Origin: Piromyces finnis finn
Taxonomy: Eukaryota > Fungi > Neocallimastigomycota
Reading direction: 5' to 3'
Length of the DNA stretch: 64,000 nt
NCBI GenBank assembly: GCA_002104945.1
Contig: MCFH01000015.1
Location: 434,001 to 498,000 of the forward strand
The notes under the pieces are model-generated. The model saw only the letters and a program-made list of their open reading frames with translations, was not told the DNA's origin and did not search any database. Shown here piece after piece: positions 61,911 to 64,000 of the stretch. The number at the start of each line of letters is the position of its first letter. Position 1 is the first letter of the stretch. The translations under genes were made by a program, and so were the position numbers.

Positions 61911-63214
61911 TTAAACATAATTATTATTGGGATGGTGGAAAATAAAAAGGATTTGAAGTAAAAATAATTGAAAATAATATTGATAAAACTTTTTTATAAT
62001 TTCTTGATTTGGAAAATAATGATAATAAACATTTGGATCTATTATATTATAAGTATCCTTTGAATCATTGGTATTATTTATATTATAAACTGTGTATAAT
62101 AAATTTGGATTCATTACAGTAATATTATAATCATTATCTAAATTTATAGTATTAATATTGATATGTGATGTTAATGAGGAATTATCTGATGGCACTTTTG
62201 TAAAAGTCTGATTATTAGAAAAGTTATTTTGTGGTTCTAGCAAATTCAAAGTATTCAAACTACCATAACCACTATTTGGATTGAAATCAGTATTGATATT
62301 CTGAGAATCATAATTATTACCAATATTGTCATAGGAAATATCTGATGGCACTTTTGTAAAAGTCTGATTATTAGAAAAATTATTTTGTGAATTTAAATTA
62401 TTATAAGGATCATTTAATCCCTCATTGCCAATATTTGAAAGAGTAATATTATTGAATGATTGAGGTGATTGGAAATCATTAAATCATTGTTGGTTATTTT
62501 TTCAACATGACTATTTTCATCTTGATTAAAAATATTGCATTTGAAAATTTTAATAGGAAATTGACCATTTTCTAATGATTTTAAATAATAAAATATTTCA
62601 TTGCTTTTCCCCTTTTTATATAATATAAAGTATTTTTTCATTTTAGTAGTACTTCCTTTAGTCCCTTTAAAGAGTCTTTTCGAACTTATCGTAGAAAAGG
62701 GTTCCCCAACATATATATCTGTATCATTACTTACAATGAAATGATATATGTAGAAACCCTTTTTTTTGTTAGTATTTGGTGATATCATTATTTCTTTTTT
62801 TAGCTCCATTAAATTGTATAGTTTCATAGATCTATCTAAATCATGGATAGACATTTTTGTAATTTTTGAAGAAATTTTAGCAATAGTTTCATCATTTCTT
62901 GAGGTGACATTTAATCTTACTAACCACAGAAATTCAAACCCTTCACATGCTTCTTTTGTAAATTTAACCCCTTCACTATTTGATTCTATATAAGGAATCC
63001 TTTTCAAATATTCTTCATTTTTCGTCAGGGAAAGAGGTTTTTTGCATTTTTTTTTCATTTCATTTAAATTTTTGATTATATTTTTTTGAGATTTATGACC
63101 TTTAAAAAAATCTCTATCTGAATAACATGTAAGATGGGTGTCAGTGTATTCTAATGATTTATAATTTTTATAATATTCTTTTATTATATTAATTAAAGTA
63201 TATCTAATATTCAT
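61911..63214 (-). CDS. Intronless gene (or young pseudogene) split by a 1-nt frameshift near 62480; N-terminal globular domain with velvet-like motif, Asn-rich C-terminal tail
   Basis: ORF 62414..63214 and ORF 61911..62351 join if AATGATTTAATGATTTCC is read with one extra A (NDL-NDFQSPQSFNN..). The motif YVGEPFSTISSKRLFKGTKGST is present. A 16-aa internal repeat (QNNFSNNQTFTKVPSD) occurs twice. Confidence 0.6.
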
Positions 63215-64000
63215 TTTATTTATAATATTAGTTATAAATTATTAAATAAAAAAATAACTTTTAAATTCGTAAAACTTATAAATATGAAAAATAAATAAAG
63301 AAAGAAAGAAAAGTGTAATGAAATAATTCTTAATTTATATAACACATAAAAATCATAAAAATATGAAGTATAGATGGATAATCCAACAAATGTAAAATTA
63401 AATTTATATATTTATATATGTTATTTATTACTATTAATATAGAACAATATATAATACAATATTTTATTATATATTTTATTATATATCTTAATTTATTTAA
63501 TATATATTACCTATATATTAAATAAATTAGGATAATAAAGAGTTTCACTATAAATTTATTGGCTATTTAATTTTTATATTCAATCAATATAATAATATAA
63601 AAACTTACTATATTGTATAATAAATAATGTCTTTATTTATATAGTAAGTAAATTTATATGTTTTTTCTTTTGTAATTACAATTCATAAGTTTTTTTTTTT
63701 ATTTATTAAATAAAACTCTTAAATAAAATAAAAAAATAAAAAACCATAGTCATTTTTATTTACACTGTAGATAAAATAAAATAACTGATTTAATTATAGG
63801 TATGATGAAAGAGAGGATAAAAACTCCATAATCATATCATGTCCAAATCTATAATTATTTTAAAATTTTAAAAAAAATTTTAAAAATTTTAAAAAAAAAA
63901 TTTAAATTTCAAAATTTTAATTTTCGACCTGTTTGGGTATACTTATATATAAAATAAGTACAATGTGTAGAAATATCATTTTATTCTTTTTTTTTCTATT

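Overview
Extremely AT-rich, intron-rich eukaryotic genomic DNA. Composition, GT-AG intron style and gene set (fungal REI1, BUB2 and OCA6-like genes alongside flagellar-type and animal-shared genes) suggest an early-diverging flagellated fungus, most likely an anaerobic gut fungus (Neocallimastigomycota). This is an inference. I reconstructed spliced gene models by hand from the ORF track and the raw sequence. Left to right: 5' end of an unknown gene (-); a poly(A)-tailed, TSD-flanked SINE-like insertion with a tRNA-like head (-); REI1/ZNF622 (-); a 404-aa protein without signal peptide that joins a CBM21-like domain to the C-terminal domain known from Pseudoalteromonas and some animal alpha-amylases (+); a Tubby-domain protein with an N-terminal Sld2/RECQL4-like motif (+); a coiled-coil protein (+); an OCA6-like pseudophosphatase (+); BUB2 (-); FAM72 (+); a ~3,880-aa protein of tandem Ig-like ASH-type domains (-); MED6 (-); MUTYH (+); a CHD6-9-type remodeler (+); a decayed coding relic (+); and a frameshifted gene with a velvet-like DNA-binding motif (-). 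No intact rRNA, tRNA or CRISPR array was seen. All family calls come from motif recognition, not database searches. The best leads are the CBM21 + amylase-C-terminal protein, the SINE-like element, the Sld2N-Tubby fusion and the velvet-like protein.
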